Assembly (NCBI GenBank): GCA_030591685.1
Contig: JAUVAX010000026.1
Coordinates: forward strand, 1 to 36,037
Reading direction: 5' to 3'
DNA: 36,037 nt
Origin: Pseudobdellovibrionaceae bacterium
Lineage (GTDB): Bacteria > Bdellovibrionota > Bdellovibrionia > Bdellovibrionales > UBA1609
In this document: one piece after another, positions 1-9,967 of the stretch
Position numbering within the stretch: the first letter of the stretch is position 1
Layout: each line of letters opens with the position of its first letter
The notes under the pieces: model-generated
Seen by the model: only the letters and a program-made list of their open reading frames with translations
The model's database searches: none
Told to the model about the DNA's origin: nothing
Position numbers and translations under genes: made by a program

Positions 1-2
1 AC

Positions 3-905
3 AATAATTTTGAAGTTCTCTTTGTAGCTGCTGGGTACGCTTTTACATGTGTTATAGTAAAGGGCAAAAACGAGGCCTATATAGGATCAGGGGCATTAAA
101 GTGTTTTGGTAATAATGATTACAAACAGCTCGGTGTGAGCACAAGCCAGGTGGCCTCGACTTATAGGCCACGAGCTGTCCCGGGCCTTGGCGCAGGAGTT
201 ACTGATGTGGCTTTAGGAGAGGGCTCCTCTTGTGCCATTAAAAATGGTGGTGTTTGGTGTTGGGGGAGAAATAACTTTGGTCAACTAGGAAGGGGTTCAT
301 CAGGTGGTTCAGATGCAACTCCAGTGCTGATTGCCGAGTTAGGTGAAGGAGTCACTGAAATTTCAGCGGGTCGGTATAATTTTTGTGCTTTACAAGAGAA
401 AAATAATTCTCAATTAGTTAAATGTTGGGGTCACAATAACTATGGCCAAGTTGGTAATGGGCCAACTTTAGACTCTGTAACAACCCCTTTGGTGACTATA
501 ACTGAGCCTTTAAATACAATTAAAAGCATAGCTCTTAGTGCTGAAAGCAGTTGTGCGACGTACTCAAATGGCTCAGCTCAATGCTGGGGGTTTAATTATT
601 ATGGACAATTAGCAAATGACATAACCCCTGGCCCTGTAACCCCTGGTAACTCTAATGATCCTATTCAATTAACCCCTACACTTGTCACTAAGGGGCTTAA
701 AAGCCCAGATGCGCCGCCATCACAAATTAGTGAAACTTATCCTTCAAAGGCTAATAATCGTTGTGCTCGATTTAATACAACTAATGGAAAAAAATTAGGT
801 TGCGTTGGGAGTAATGGAGCTATGCAACTAGGTAATGGTCTTTCAGCTTTATCTGACCCCGATTATAATCGTTTTTTTGATGGAAGAAGCAAGTGGGGGA
901 TGTAA
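3..905 (+). CDS. RCC1/BLIP-II repeat beta-propeller protein, 5'-truncated by the window edge
   Basis: Repeated RCC1 motifs (VWCWGRNNFGQLG, VKCWGHNNYGQVG, AQCWGFNYYGQLA). The frame stays open upstream of the tracked GTG at 135 back to position 3 (NNFEVLFVAAGYAFTC...LKCFGNNDYKQLG), which is another repeat. Confidence 0.85.
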   Translation, partial: NNFEVLFVAAGYAFTCVIVKGKNEAYIGSGALKCFGNNDYKQLGVSTSQVASTYRPRAVPGLGAGVTDVALGEGSSCAIKNGGVWCWGRNNFGQLGRGSSGGSDATPVLIAELGEGVTEISAGRYNFCALQEKNNSQLVKCWGHNNYGQVGNGPTLDSVTTPLVTITEPLNTIKSIALSAESSCATYSNGSAQCWGFNYYGQLANDITPGPVTPGNSNDPIQLTPTLVTKGLKSPDAPPSQISETYPSKANNRCARFNTTNGKKLGCVGSNGAMQLGNGLSALSDPDYNRFFDGRSKWGM

Positions 906-913
906 GTCAACGG

Positions 914-932
914 GGTCACTCGTAGAGTGACC
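914..932. terminator. Hairpin between convergent genes (possible terminator, no U-tract)
   Basis: GGTCACTC-GTA-GAGTGACC perfect 8-bp stem, just after the RCC1 stop. Confidence 0.35.
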
Positions 933-996
933 TAAGCCCCTCCACTCAGCATAGGTACTAATTTTTGTAGACCTGAGTACTGACGCCTTACAACAG

Positions 997-1842
997 TCAC
1001 TCTATAGTTTTTGTAACTAAAGTATTTATAACTATGCCGGCACAGGTGGCGACGTTGAGCGAGTTTTTTTTGCCGTACAGTGGGACTCTTACAATGTGAT
1101 CAGCCTCAGTTAAAGTCTCCTTTGAAATCCCAAAACGCTCGTTACCAAAAATAACGGCTGTGGGGTGTGTTGGTATAAACGCCTCTAACGAGAGGGCGTT
1201 TTTAGCGGTCTCTATGGCGACAATTTCATACCCCTTAGCCTTTAGGTTTCTTATAAGTTCAGGTGTGTCCGGGCCTGGCTCCCAGGGTATGTTTTTTTCA
1301 GCCCCCATGGAGGACTTTAACACTTTTTCAGAATCAGGGGTCGCCGTGTAGCCCGATAAATACACCCGCTCTAAGTTAAAGCTTTCAGCTGTTCTGATGA
1401 TAGAACCCACATTAAAAGCTGAGCGTAAGTTCTCTAAAACAATAGAGATTTTAAAAGGAGTACTGGGGCTTAAAGTTTTGTCGTTAGTGTCTATCTGTTG
1501 GTCCAGGTCGGACTTGTTGAGCTCTCTTTTAAGAGGGGTCATTATGTGTTGGAGCTGATCGGGGTTACGAAGAGTCCCCTTAAGCCGAGTTAAACCGTAA
1601 AGGTGATGGGCATGGGCCTGATCTGTTAAGCCGCGAGTGGTGTCGTCTGTGGAGTCATCTACGGAATCATTTGTAAAATCGTTTGTGAAGTCCTGTAAAG
1701 ACTCTAGCTCGTCAAATAACTGCGAGAGCAAGAGGTCTTTTTTAAGCTCTTCGCCCCAGTGCTCTTTGGCTTGTAAGCAAAGAGCTAAGATGTATTCAAG
1801 TTTTAAAGTGTACTTGTTTTTAAACATATTTTCGGGGCTCAT
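997..1842 (-). CDS. TrmH/SpoU family RNA methyltransferase with N-terminal extension
   Basis: SPOUT motifs IVLENLRSAFNVGSIIRTA, IFGNERFGIS, VPLYGKKNSLNVATCAGI. Confidence 0.9.
   Translation of the reverse strand: MSPENMFKNKYTLKLEYILALCLQAKEHWGEELKKDLLLSQLFDELESLQDFTNDFTNDSVDDSTDDTTRGLTDQAHAHHLYGLTRLKGTLRNPDQLQHIMTPLKRELNKSDLDQQIDTNDKTLSPSTPFKISIVLENLRSAFNVGSIIRTAESFNLERVYLSGYTATPDSEKVLKSSMGAEKNIPWEPGPDTPELIRNLKAKGYEIVAIETAKNALSLEAFIPTHPTAVIFGNERFGISKETLTEADHIVRVPLYGKKNSLNVATCAGIVINTLVTKTIE
1642..1701. repeat. Degenerate 12-bp tandem repeat inside the TrmH-family gene
   Basis: Units gtcgtctgtgga / gtcatctacgga / atcatttgtaaa / atcgtttgtgaa / gtcctgtaaaga, encoding ...DFTN-DFTN-DSVD-DSTD-D. 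Confidence 0.6.
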
Positions 1843-1864
1843 AGTTAGGTTTAATTGTTTTTTT

Positions 1865-3520
1865 TTACGCCTTTGAGCTTTTACTTAATTCTTCTTGTAT
1901 CATGGTATCAAACTGTTTTTGCTCTAACCGCGTTGCTAGATGAGTATATGCGTTGATGGCTCTATTTTCTAAAACCTCTTGAGCACTGTTCCACGTAAAG
2001 GGTGTTTTTTCATTAAGTAGCGCCTCTACATTTTTAGAGTACTCAGGCATAACGGGCTTTAAATAAATAGCCATAATGCGAAACATATTTATTATGGTCG
2101 TTAGTATTTGTTTTGTTTTTATAGGGTCCGTTTTAATGAGCTTCCAAGGCTCGTGTTCGTCAAAATATTTATTGGCACCTTCGGCAATATCCCTGATTTC
2201 AATAATGGCTTTTGAGTACTCAAGGTTTTCAAAATGCTCAGCAATCACCTCTGATTTACTTTGCGCCCACTTAACCTTCTCTTGGCCTAAATCATCAAGA
2301 GTGCTTGTCGTGCCGTCGAGTTTTTTATTAAGCATTTGTGCCCCGCGAGAGGCCAGGTTAGTGATCTTACCTATAAGCTCCGAGTTTACTCGGCTTATAA
2401 AATCAGAAATATTAAGGTCAATGTCATCCACTCTGTTTGAGAGCTTACTGGCATAATAGTAACGTAAGTACATAGGGTCGACGTGTTTTAAATAAGTTCG
2501 GGCGTTGATAAAAGTCCCTTTAGATTTACTCATTTTTTCGCCATTTATTTTTACAAATCCATGCACATTAACCTTTGTGGGTAAATTATACTCGGCCGCT
2601 TTAAGCATTGCCGGCCAAAAAAGTGTATGAAAATAAATGATATCTTTACCGATAAAATGATGGATCTCAGCCTCAGGGTTTGACCAAAATTCTTTATAGT
2701 CCCTACCGTTTCGGTCACACCAGTTTTTAGTAGAAGATATGTACCCAATAGGGGCATCCACCCATACGTAAAAATATTTACCAGGGTGGCCGGGGATTTC
2801 AAAACCAAAGTAGGGGTCATCCCTTGAGATGTCCCAATCCCTGAGGTCTTCGCCAAACCACTCGAGCATTTTATTGTTGATTTCTTTTTGCGTATGCCCC
2901 GGGAGCCAGTCTTTTAAAAAGTCCTTATAATCATTAAGTTTAAAAAATATATGTTCACTGTCTCGTGTTGTGGGTGGGTTTTTACAAATAGAGCAATGAG
3001 GGTCTTTAAGATCACCTGGGGCATAGGTGGCCGCGCACACGTCACAAGAGTCCCCGTATTGCTCTTCGGCCCCGCATTTAGGGCACGTGCCCTTTACAAA
3101 GCGGTCGGGTAAAAACATTTTATCGTGCTCGCAATAGGCCTGTTTTATAGTCTTGAGTACAATGTGGTTTTTTTTCTTCATTTTTAAAAAAAACTCTTCG
3201 CTAAAAACCTTGTTTTCAGGAGAGTGGGTGGAGTAGAAGTTATCAAACTCCACTTGAAAGTCTGCCAAGTCAGCACTATGTCTCTCGTAGGCACCTTTAA
3301 TGAGTTCTTCAGGGGAGATATTTTGCGCCCGAGCACTAATCATTATAGGGGTGCCATGGGTGTCATCGGCACAAAAGTAACGGCACTCATGACCTCTCAT
3401 TTTTTGAAAACGGGTCCATATATCTGCCTGAACATACTCCAAGACATGCCCTAAATGGATCTCACCATTAGCATAGGGCAGGGCCGCAGTGACGAGGATT
3501 TTTCTTGGTGAAGAGCTCAT
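1865..3520 (-). CDS. metG: Methionine--tRNA ligase (short form, no C-terminal tRNA-binding/dimerisation domain)
   Basis: TAALPYANGEIHLGH (HIGH-like), KMSKS, Zn-knuckle cysteines CPKC / CDVC / CSIC, 551 aa. Confidence 0.97.
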   Translation of the reverse strand: MSSSPRKILVTAALPYANGEIHLGHVLEYVQADIWTRFQKMRGHECRYFCADDTHGTPIMISARAQNISPEELIKGAYERHSADLADFQVEFDNFYSTHSPENKVFSEEFFLKMKKKNHIVLKTIKQAYCEHDKMFLPDRFVKGTCPKCGAEEQYGDSCDVCAATYAPGDLKDPHCSICKNPPTTRDSEHIFFKLNDYKDFLKDWLPGHTQKEINNKMLEWFGEDLRDWDISRDDPYFGFEIPGHPGKYFYVWVDAPIGYISSTKNWCDRNGRDYKEFWSNPEAEIHHFIGKDIIYFHTLFWPAMLKAAEYNLPTKVNVHGFVKINGEKMSKSKGTFINARTYLKHVDPMYLRYYYASKLSNRVDDIDLNISDFISRVNSELIGKITNLASRGAQMLNKKLDGTTSTLDDLGQEKVKWAQSKSEVIAEHFENLEYSKAIIEIRDIAEGANKYFDEHEPWKLIKTDPIKTKQILTTIINMFRIMAIYLKPVMPEYSKNVEALLNEKTPFTWNSAQEVLENRAINAYTHLATRLEQKQFDTMIQEELSKSSKA

Positions 3521-3737
3521 AGGGGGTATTTGTCCTTTTTTTTAAATTTACGCACTTTTTAGCCCCTCCACTAACTGAAAGGCTCACTCTAAGTAACAAT
3601 TTTTGTAACTATGGTCCACGAATATACGCTTTTTGTCCTTAGTAAATACTGAAGCAAACTAGGGCTAAAATCAATAAAAATAAGTATAAACAGGCAGTTA
3701 CATGAATTCAGCCGGTTTCAACAGATCCTTCCCTCCT

Positions 3738-3752
3738 TGGCACTTTGTTTGC
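3738..3752 (+). promoter_or_regulatory. sigma54 (-24/-12) promoter
   Basis: TGGCAC-tttgt-TTGC, GG-N10-GC, about 40 bp upstream of ATG 3793. Confidence 0.75.
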
Positions 3753-3792
3753 TTTATTTAAGCTTAAAGCCAGCCAATCTAAGGAGAACTAT

Positions 3793-4812
3793 ATGCGTAA
3801 ACATTCAGCCTCAATTTTTTTGTGGGTCCTATTACTAACCCCCGCATTTGCCTTTTCAGCGATTAAAACGGAGCTGAACTCAGAGATCAACAGTGCCATA
3901 AAAAAAGAAGCTCAGCTTAAAAAGAAGGCCAAAAGACTTTCAAAGCGCTCAAAAAAATTAAGAGCCCGAAAGTTAAGAGCCCAAAAATTAAACAAGAAAA
4001 AAAGACGAAGAGCCAAAAGAAAGTCTAATAAAAAAAGGGCCCGTAACTCCTCTGTATCTAAAATATCAGTTGCTAAAAAATCATCAGTAAAAGATTTTTG
4101 GGGTTTCACTTTCTATACAGAAAATTACAAGTCAGCAGCAGATCATGCGGCTAATTTATCAAGCTATAACCTGCTTATGCTTAAATATAATATAGACAAA
4201 GTGTCTTCAGCTACATTTTTAGAATCCTTTGTTTTTGACTGGGGTGAGTCTGGTACTTTTAGCCAAGGCGATGTGGCCTTTCAATATGATAGAAAACTAG
4301 GTAAAGCAGCGGGTTTAGATTTATCCACTCGTGCGAGGCTTTATGTGCCTGTGAGTGAGAGCAGCCAAGATTTAGGGCGCTATCAACTAAGGCTTTACGG
4401 TAATGCTGGTGGTGAAATATCCCCCATTTTAAGTTATAAATTTCAAACAAACCCTCGAATATACACGTACTCAGACCATGATGAGGGTCAGTTAACTCTA
4501 AAATGGATTAACGCGGCCTCATTAACATTAAAAGCCACAGATAAAATATCTCTAACAAGCTCTCTAGGGCACATTCATTATAGCAGAAACTCTGGGTTAA
4601 AGTACGAAGTCGATAAACCTATATATTTACTTGATGACCCGTATGATAATGATGACGCTATGTTCATTAGCCTTGAGGCAGGATTCGCGCTTGGGATCAC
4701 AAACTTCTCGCTAATGATCGAGCAGGAGAGAGACCTTAGAAGCTCAGAGTCTTCGTCACTTTTTGATGAGTCAGGAACCACATATTTTATGACCTTTAGT
4801 GTAAGCATTTAA
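3793..4812 (+). CDS. Putative outer-membrane beta-barrel protein with Lys/Arg-rich N-terminal segment
   Basis: AAGGAG SD before ATG 3793 (preferred over TTG 3745); signal peptide MRKHSASIFLWVLLLTPAFA; amphipathic strands; C-terminal YFMTFSVSI; paralogue of 5122..6066. Confidence 0.7.
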   Translation: MRKHSASIFLWVLLLTPAFAFSAIKTELNSEINSAIKKEAQLKKKAKRLSKRSKKLRARKLRAQKLNKKKRRRAKRKSNKKRARNSSVSKISVAKKSSVKDFWGFTFYTENYKSAADHAANLSSYNLLMLKYNIDKVSSATFLESFVFDWGESGTFSQGDVAFQYDRKLGKAAGLDLSTRARLYVPVSESSQDLGRYQLRLYGNAGGEISPILSYKFQTNPRIYTYSDHDEGQLTLKWINAASLTLKATDKISLTSSLGHIHYSRNSGLKYEVDKPIYLLDDPYDNDDAMFISLEAGFALGITNFSLMIEQERDLRSSESSSLFDESGTTYFMTFSVSI

Positions 4813-4866
4813 TAATTTTTAATTAAACACCACGCACCGCATTTATACCTTTCATTCGCTCGCTTT

Positions 4867-4898
4867 AGCCGACTTAGCGCACTAAGTCGGTTTTTTTT
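4867..4898 (+). terminator. Rho-independent terminator
   Basis: CCGACTTAG-cgca-CTAAGTCGG followed by T8. Confidence 0.9.
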
Positions 4899-5044
4899 AT
4901 AGTTTCTGCCCCTTCAGGCCCGATGAATATTAAATTATGTGACCATGGCTATAAGGGGCTCTTATGGCGCTATAAATATATAAGACAAATAAGTGTTTAT
5001 CATTGATTGATGACTTTACTAGTTCTATATTGGCCCCAAAATTA

Positions 5045-5059
5045 TGGCATTAAGTTTGC
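5045..5059 (+). promoter_or_regulatory. sigma54 (-24/-12) promoter
   Basis: TGGCAT-taagt-TTGC, GG-N10-GC, upstream of ATG 5122. Confidence 0.7.
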
Positions 5060-5121
5060 TTATCATAGCCTTAAAACAAATAAGCAGTGTCACTTTATAA
5101 ATACACCTCCGGGGGGGATCA

Positions 5122-6066
5122 ATGAAAAAACTACTACTAGCAGCGTTATTAATAAGCACATCGGTGTTTGCAGCAGAGAACAAGTCAAAACAAAAAGCCA
5201 GTGAGGTTAAAAAAGAAGCCAGTAAAATGAGCTTTAGTTTTTTATCTGAAGTTAATATAGATATGAAAGACATAAACAGAGGGCAAACAGACGCTTTATC
5301 GTCTTATAATGTTATTGGCTCTAGCTATAAATTAAATGAAAATGACTCTCTGGCTGTTAATCTTGTTTTTCAAACAGCTCGACCGAGCCTTAATTATGAG
5401 GGTGTTATTGATGAAATGGGTGTTGTTGCAAAACCTGGAGATAAAATTGATGACAAAAAATTAACGCTTACAAATACTCAAAAGTTTTCTTGGGGCGACT
5501 CTTATATAAAATACACTCGTGCTAAGTCATCCATTTTTGGTAAAGAGTACGTGGGCCAAATGCGAGTGTACTTACCACTTAGTGAACAAAGTGATTTAGT
5601 GGGTAAGTATCAAACTAGAGGGTATATGATTTTCTCTCAAGAGCTGAATAAAACCTTTTCAGTAGATTATATTATTAACCCAAGAGTTTATACTTATTCA
5701 AAAGATTCATCGGGGCAATTGTCTTTTATGGGGCTCTACTTAGCCTCTTTAAATCAAAAAATAAATGACTCGGTATCTTTATCTTATGCTTCGTATTTAC
5801 TTCAAAGGCATTATAATACAGGTAAGGCCCAGAGTTTAAGTGGCCTGAGTGCGGATGGGTCATATACAACTATTGAGTCTAAATACAGAGATGAGAACAC
5901 AATTTCTGAGATATACTTTAACTTAGCAGCCTCATTTAAATTAACTGACAAAGTTGGTTTTGATGTTTACATGGAGCAGCCTAGAAACTTTGCATCAACA
6001 AGTCGGTTTGTACTGTTTGATGAAGCCGATACTTATTATGGGTTTGTACTTAAAGCAAAACTATAA
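5122..6066 (+). CDS. Putative outer-membrane beta-barrel protein, paralogue of 3793..4812
   Basis: Signal peptide MKKLLLAALLISTSVFA; shared motifs RxYxPxSExSxxxGxYQ, NPRxYTYS, GQL, LFDE; C-terminal YYGFVLKAKL. Confidence 0.75.
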   Translation: MKKLLLAALLISTSVFAAENKSKQKASEVKKEASKMSFSFLSEVNIDMKDINRGQTDALSSYNVIGSSYKLNENDSLAVNLVFQTARPSLNYEGVIDEMGVVAKPGDKIDDKKLTLTNTQKFSWGDSYIKYTRAKSSIFGKEYVGQMRVYLPLSEQSDLVGKYQTRGYMIFSQELNKTFSVDYIINPRVYTYSKDSSGQLSFMGLYLASLNQKINDSVSLSYASYLLQRHYNTGKAQSLSGLSADGSYTTIESKYRDENTISEIYFNLAASFKLTDKVGFDVYMEQPRNFASTSRFVLFDEADTYYGFVLKAKL

Positions 6067-6092
6067 ACTTATAAAAATTAAAATATAAATTT

Positions 6093-6124
6093 AAAAAGGG
6101 CCCTGAAATAGGAGCCCTTTTTTT
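6093..6124 (+). terminator. Rho-independent terminator
   Basis: AAAAAGGGCCCT-gaaat-AGG(A)GCCC followed by T7. Confidence 0.8.
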
Positions 6125-6504
6125 ATTAAAAACATAGAATTGAATATTATAATAAAAACTTAAATTAAACCTCATCTAACGACCGGGTACTCACAGTGAC
6201 CCCATCTAAGTCATCTCATTTAATAGATGTTAAATGAAAGGGGACAAATAAACCGGCTCTAAAACAGCTTATTTGACTGCACGTAAAAGATTTTTAGTTG
6301 GGCTTAATGCCATGGATCTAAAAATACATACAAGCCCTTAGGCCCTTTTAGCGTATCAATCTCGCTTTTTAACAGGTCGTTTTAGATAAAAATTCCAAAA
6401 AAATAGTGTTAAATTTTCTAAAACGCTCCTCAAAGGGCTTAGCTCTTTGAGGGTTTCTTAACCTGTAGTAAAGGTAATATTAACAAATCATAAAGAGGGC
6501 ATAA

Positions 6505-7548
6505 GTGAGAGTAATAATCCTGGTTTTAGTTGTTCTTATTACCTCAGATTTAATGGCTGCCAAGGGGGCAACCTGTTCTTCAATCTTTAAATTCACCCCA
6601 AAATTAACTCTAATTAAAACAGCCCCTAAAGAAAATAAATCTTTTTTTGATAAGTTGCCGCAAGTTGAGAAAGACCGGTTTTTTTCATTAACTCGTGAGC
6701 TATCCCCTGTATTAAGTTTATTTGATAATAATTTAAAAATGAAAAATAAAATCATCTCATACGCCACTATTAATGAGAGCTTATTTAGTATCATTCAAGA
6801 CATGGCTCATGTTAAAGACCTGGTAGATACTATTATTGAGATTAAACTTGATGAGGCAAACTTTGACGCCATTTATGCCGAAAAGCTAGAGCTCCTTAGC
6901 CAGCACGATGCGCCTAAAAGCACACCTCGGTTTAAAAATAGCAGCAATGTTTATGACTTAGAATTTTCAAAAAAGCCCCTGTCCCCACAAAAAGAGTATA
7001 TGTTAAGTTGGGAGTCTCGGAGTGATCAGCATATTAAAGCGTTTTTAGAGTTTATTGTAAACGAAACATCCGAAAAATTAATTCATGAAATTAATTTTGA
7101 GCAAGCTCTTGGTATGGACTTAGAATTAATTGTAGGCAATGCGGGTAACCTTTATAGAGTTCTCTCCTCTTACTTTGCGTTAGAAGGGCTTTTAAAGGCG
7201 ACCCTTTACTCGGGTAAATTGACAGAAGGCCCCCCCGCAAGCCGACCTGTAAATTTAAAGCTTATTAACGGTGACTATCAAAAATTATTAGAACTGGATG
7301 AGATTGTTTTAATATACGCCGCCAAATACACTTATTTTTCAAATAAAAGTGTACACTTGCTTTCTGAGATTTTTTCAAGCTCAGAGAAGTTTTATAACGA
7401 AGGTTTTATAGACGCAAAAGATCAACATGATTTACTTGTTTTACTAAGTAAATTTAATGCTTCAACACCTGAGTTTAAGATTAAAAATGTAAACACTTTT
7501 TTTGAAGGCCTGATCACTATAAATTATTTTTTAGTCGAACTTAAGTAG
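6505..7548 (+). CDS. Hypothetical secreted, mostly helical protein
   Basis: 347-aa ORF, GTG start, hydrophobic signal peptide followed by ATCSSIF; no recognised domain. Confidence 0.65.
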   Translation: MRVIILVLVVLITSDLMAAKGATCSSIFKFTPKLTLIKTAPKENKSFFDKLPQVEKDRFFSLTRELSPVLSLFDNNLKMKNKIISYATINESLFSIIQDMAHVKDLVDTIIEIKLDEANFDAIYAEKLELLSQHDAPKSTPRFKNSSNVYDLEFSKKPLSPQKEYMLSWESRSDQHIKAFLEFIVNETSEKLIHEINFEQALGMDLELIVGNAGNLYRVLSSYFALEGLLKATLYSGKLTEGPPASRPVNLKLINGDYQKLLELDEIVLIYAAKYTYFSNKSVHLLSEIFSSSEKFYNEGFIDAKDQHDLLVLLSKFNASTPEFKIKNVNTFFEGLITINYFLVELK

Positions 7549-8087
7549 GTATGTTTTTGACCCAACTGAGCCAAAGACCTAATAGAGGGCAAAAACTCTA
7601 TGGGGTTGACTGGTATTTTATTTTTTAAAAGTTCAAAGTGCAAGTGTACCCCTGAGGCACGCCCTGTGCGGCCCATTTTACCAATCAACTGACCCTGTGT
7701 AAGCTCTTGGCCTGTCCTAATGTGTATATTATTTAAATGAGCATAAAGTGTAGACCAAGCTTTTGTGTGCTGAATGAGTACCATTTTGCCGTAGCCTCTA
7801 AACCGGCTGCCGGCATATATTACAACGCCTTTTTCCACAGTGATTATTTTAGTTTTAAACGGGCCAGAGAGGTCAATGCCATCGTGAGCTGGGTTTTTAG
7901 GGGGTGCAAATTTTTGTGTTAAACGAGCCGAATCAAGAGGCCAAATAGGGTTAAAGTGCAACGATAAACCAGAGCCCTCAGTTTTATAATTTTTTAAAAA
8001 AGGTTTTGGGTCGCGCCAGGCCCCTTTAAAGGGGGTCGTGCACGAGATTAAGAGTAAAAATAATAGGTTTATTAACATAGTTTTCAC
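7524..8087 (-). CDS. M23 family peptidoglycan endopeptidase, lipoprotein
   Basis: Lipobox LLISC; Zn motifs HDGID and HLHFE; GYGK, YAHL, MGRTGRASG. Confidence 0.9.
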   Translation of the reverse strand: MKTMLINLLFLLLISCTTPFKGAWRDPKPFLKNYKTEGSGLSLHFNPIWPLDSARLTQKFAPPKNPAHDGIDLSGPFKTKIITVEKGVVIYAGSRFRGYGKMVLIQHTKAWSTLYAHLNNIHIRTGQELTQGQLIGKMGRTGRASGVHLHFELLKNKIPVNPIEFLPSIRSLAQLGQKHTYLSSTKK

Positions 8088-8149
8088 TTTTTTAGTTTAG
8101 TACTAAATATAAAACATATAAAGTCGTGATTTTTTTTGAGCTGAGTACT

Positions 8150-9385
8150 CTACTTATAAATAGGGTACTTTTGGCATAAAGTTTTGACCTCTTCTTTAAT
8201 GTTACATAATACTTCTTCGGAGTTTATATTTGTAATCACTTTTTTTATCCAAGCCCCAATGGTCTTCATTTCATCAACACCCATGCCTCTTGTAGTAAGG
8301 GCAGGGGTTCCGATCCGTATGCCACTTGTAACAAAGGGGCTCCTTGTTTCGTTGGGGACGGTGTTTTTGTTCACTGTAATACCGGCCCTATCCAGTGCAT
8401 TTTCGGCCTCTTTGCCGGTGATGTTTTGAGCCGTAAGGTCAATTAATAGTAAATGGTTATCTGTGCCGCCGGTCACAAGTTGAAGGTCTAAGTCCATAAG
8501 AGTATCACCAAGTGCTTTAGCGTTTGTGACCACTTGTTGAGCGTAGGTTTTAAACTCAGGCCTTAAGGCCTCGCCAAAAGCTACGGCTTTCGCCCCGATG
8601 GCGTGCTCTAGCGGGCCCCCTTGTATGCCAGGGAATATTTTAGAGTTTACCTTTTTAGCATGCTCTTCTTTACAAAGTATAAGGCCCCCACGAGGCCCTC
8701 TAAGAGTTTTATGAGTTGTTGTCGTCACAAAGTCGGCATAGGGCACAGGGGACGGATGCTGGCCCCCTGCAACGAGCCCTGCAAAGTGAGCCATATCTAC
8801 AAGTAAAAAAGCCCCTACAGAGTCTGCGATTTCTTTAAATTTTGAAAAGTCTAATGTTCTAGGGTAGGCGCTATAGCCTGCAATAATCATTTTAGGTTTA
8901 TGTTTTTGGGCTTGCTCGTAAATAGTATCGTAGTTGATTCTATGAGTATTGGCGTCTAAACCATAGCTAACGGCATTAAATAATAGACCACTAAAATTTA
9001 CAGGGGACCCGTGAGTTAAATGCCCCCCGTGAGAGAGGTCCATCCCTAATACCGTTTCGCCAGGCTTTAAGGCGGCGAGGTACACGGCCATATTAGCCTG
9101 ACTCCCCGAATGAGGCTGTACATTTACGTGTTCGGCATTAAATAATTTTTTTGCGCGATCTATGGCCAACTGCTCTATTTCATCGACAAACTCACAGCCT
9201 CCATAATATCTTTTACCCGGGTAACCTTCAGCATATTTATTTGTAAGTATAGACCCTTGGACTTCCATCACTTGCTTTGAGGCATAGTTTTCAGAGGCGA
9301 TCATCTCTAACCCGTACTCTTGCCTGTAGAGTTCTTTTGTTAAAGAACTTTTAACTTCTATGTCAGTTAAGTGTTCGTAGTTCAT
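8150..9385 (-). CDS. glyA: Serine hydroxymethyltransferase
   Basis: [35 protein letters not shown]. Confidence 0.99.
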   Translation of the reverse strand: MNYEHLTDIEVKSSLTKELYRQEYGLEMIASENYASKQVMEVQGSILTNKYAEGYPGKRYYGGCEFVDEIEQLAIDRAKKLFNAEHVNVQPHSGSQANMAVYLAALKPGETVLGMDLSHGGHLTHGSPVNFSGLLFNAVSYGLDANTHRINYDTIYEQAQKHKPKMIIAGYSAYPRTLDFSKFKEIADSVGAFLLVDMAHFAGLVAGGQHPSPVPYADFVTTTTHKTLRGPRGGLILCKEEHAKKVNSKIFPGIQGGPLEHAIGAKAVAFGEALRPEFKTYAQQVVTNAKALGDTLMDLDLQLVTGGTDNHLLLIDLTAQNITGKEAENALDRAGITVNKNTVPNETRSPFVTSGIRIGTPALTTRGMGVDEMKTIGAWIKKVITNINSEEVLCNIKEEVKTLCQKYPIYK

Positions 9386-9511
9386 ATGGACCTCTTTTTA
9401 AGTAGTCACCCAAATAAAAGGGTTTTTGATTTTTTTAACTTAATATCTAAAAAAATAAATTTGTATTGTTATAAATAATTAACTTCATAAACGTAACATA
9501 ATTCTTTGCAT

Positions 9512-9952
9512 TCAAAGATCTATAGAGTTTTCTAACAAAGACACTCTTCTCTCATGTCGACCCCCTTCAAAAGGTGTTAATAAAAAGGTTTCAACAATCT
9601 GTAAATTATCGGCTTCTGGTGTTATTCGAGCCCCTAAACAAAGAACATTCGCATTGTTGTGTTGACGGGTCAATTGAGCCATTTCTGCTTGAGTACACAG
9701 AGCCGCCCTAATTAACGGGTACCTATTGGCCCTAATACTCATACCAATGCCTGTACCACATATAAGTAGCCCTAGGCTGTCTTTTTTACTTAAAACACTT
9801 TTACATAACTTGTCTGCAAAGTCTGGGTAGTCGACGCTTTCAGTGGTTTGTGGCCCTAAATCAACCCAGTTATAATTTTTAAATTGGGCTTGAATGTGTT
9901 TTTTTAACTCGACCCCGGCATGGTCTGAGGCAATGTAAACAGTTGGACTCAT
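9512..9952 (-). CDS. rpiB: Ribose-5-phosphate isomerase B
   Basis: IASDHAG, SVDYPDFA, LICGTGIGMSI, HNNANVLCLG, FEGGRHERR. Confidence 0.97.
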   Translation of the reverse strand: MSPTVYIASDHAGVELKKHIQAQFKNYNWVDLGPQTTESVDYPDFADKLCKSVLSKKDSLGLLICGTGIGMSIRANRYPLIRAALCTQAEMAQLTRQHNNANVLCLGARITPEADNLQIVETFLLTPFEGGRHERRVSLLENSIDL

Positions 9953-9967
9953 AAAAGACCCCTTTTA

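Noticed and set aside
906..995. Twister- or IS605/HEARO-like words (GTCAAC, CCTAAGCCCC); GGGGTCACT shared with the reverse complement at 6195-6203
   Set aside because: Required pairings and pseudoknots are absent, no tnpA/tnpB/iscB is nearby, and a 9-bp match is too weak to call a REP family.
4898..4926. Possible sigma28 promoter (TATAGTTT...CCCGATGA) upstream of 5122
   Set aside because: Spacing is off consensus and it overlaps the terminator tail; the sigma54 box fits better.
9491..9518. Partial XerD-arm-like word (TAACATAA)
   Set aside because: Outer arm mismatches and no partner arm; overlaps the rpiB end.
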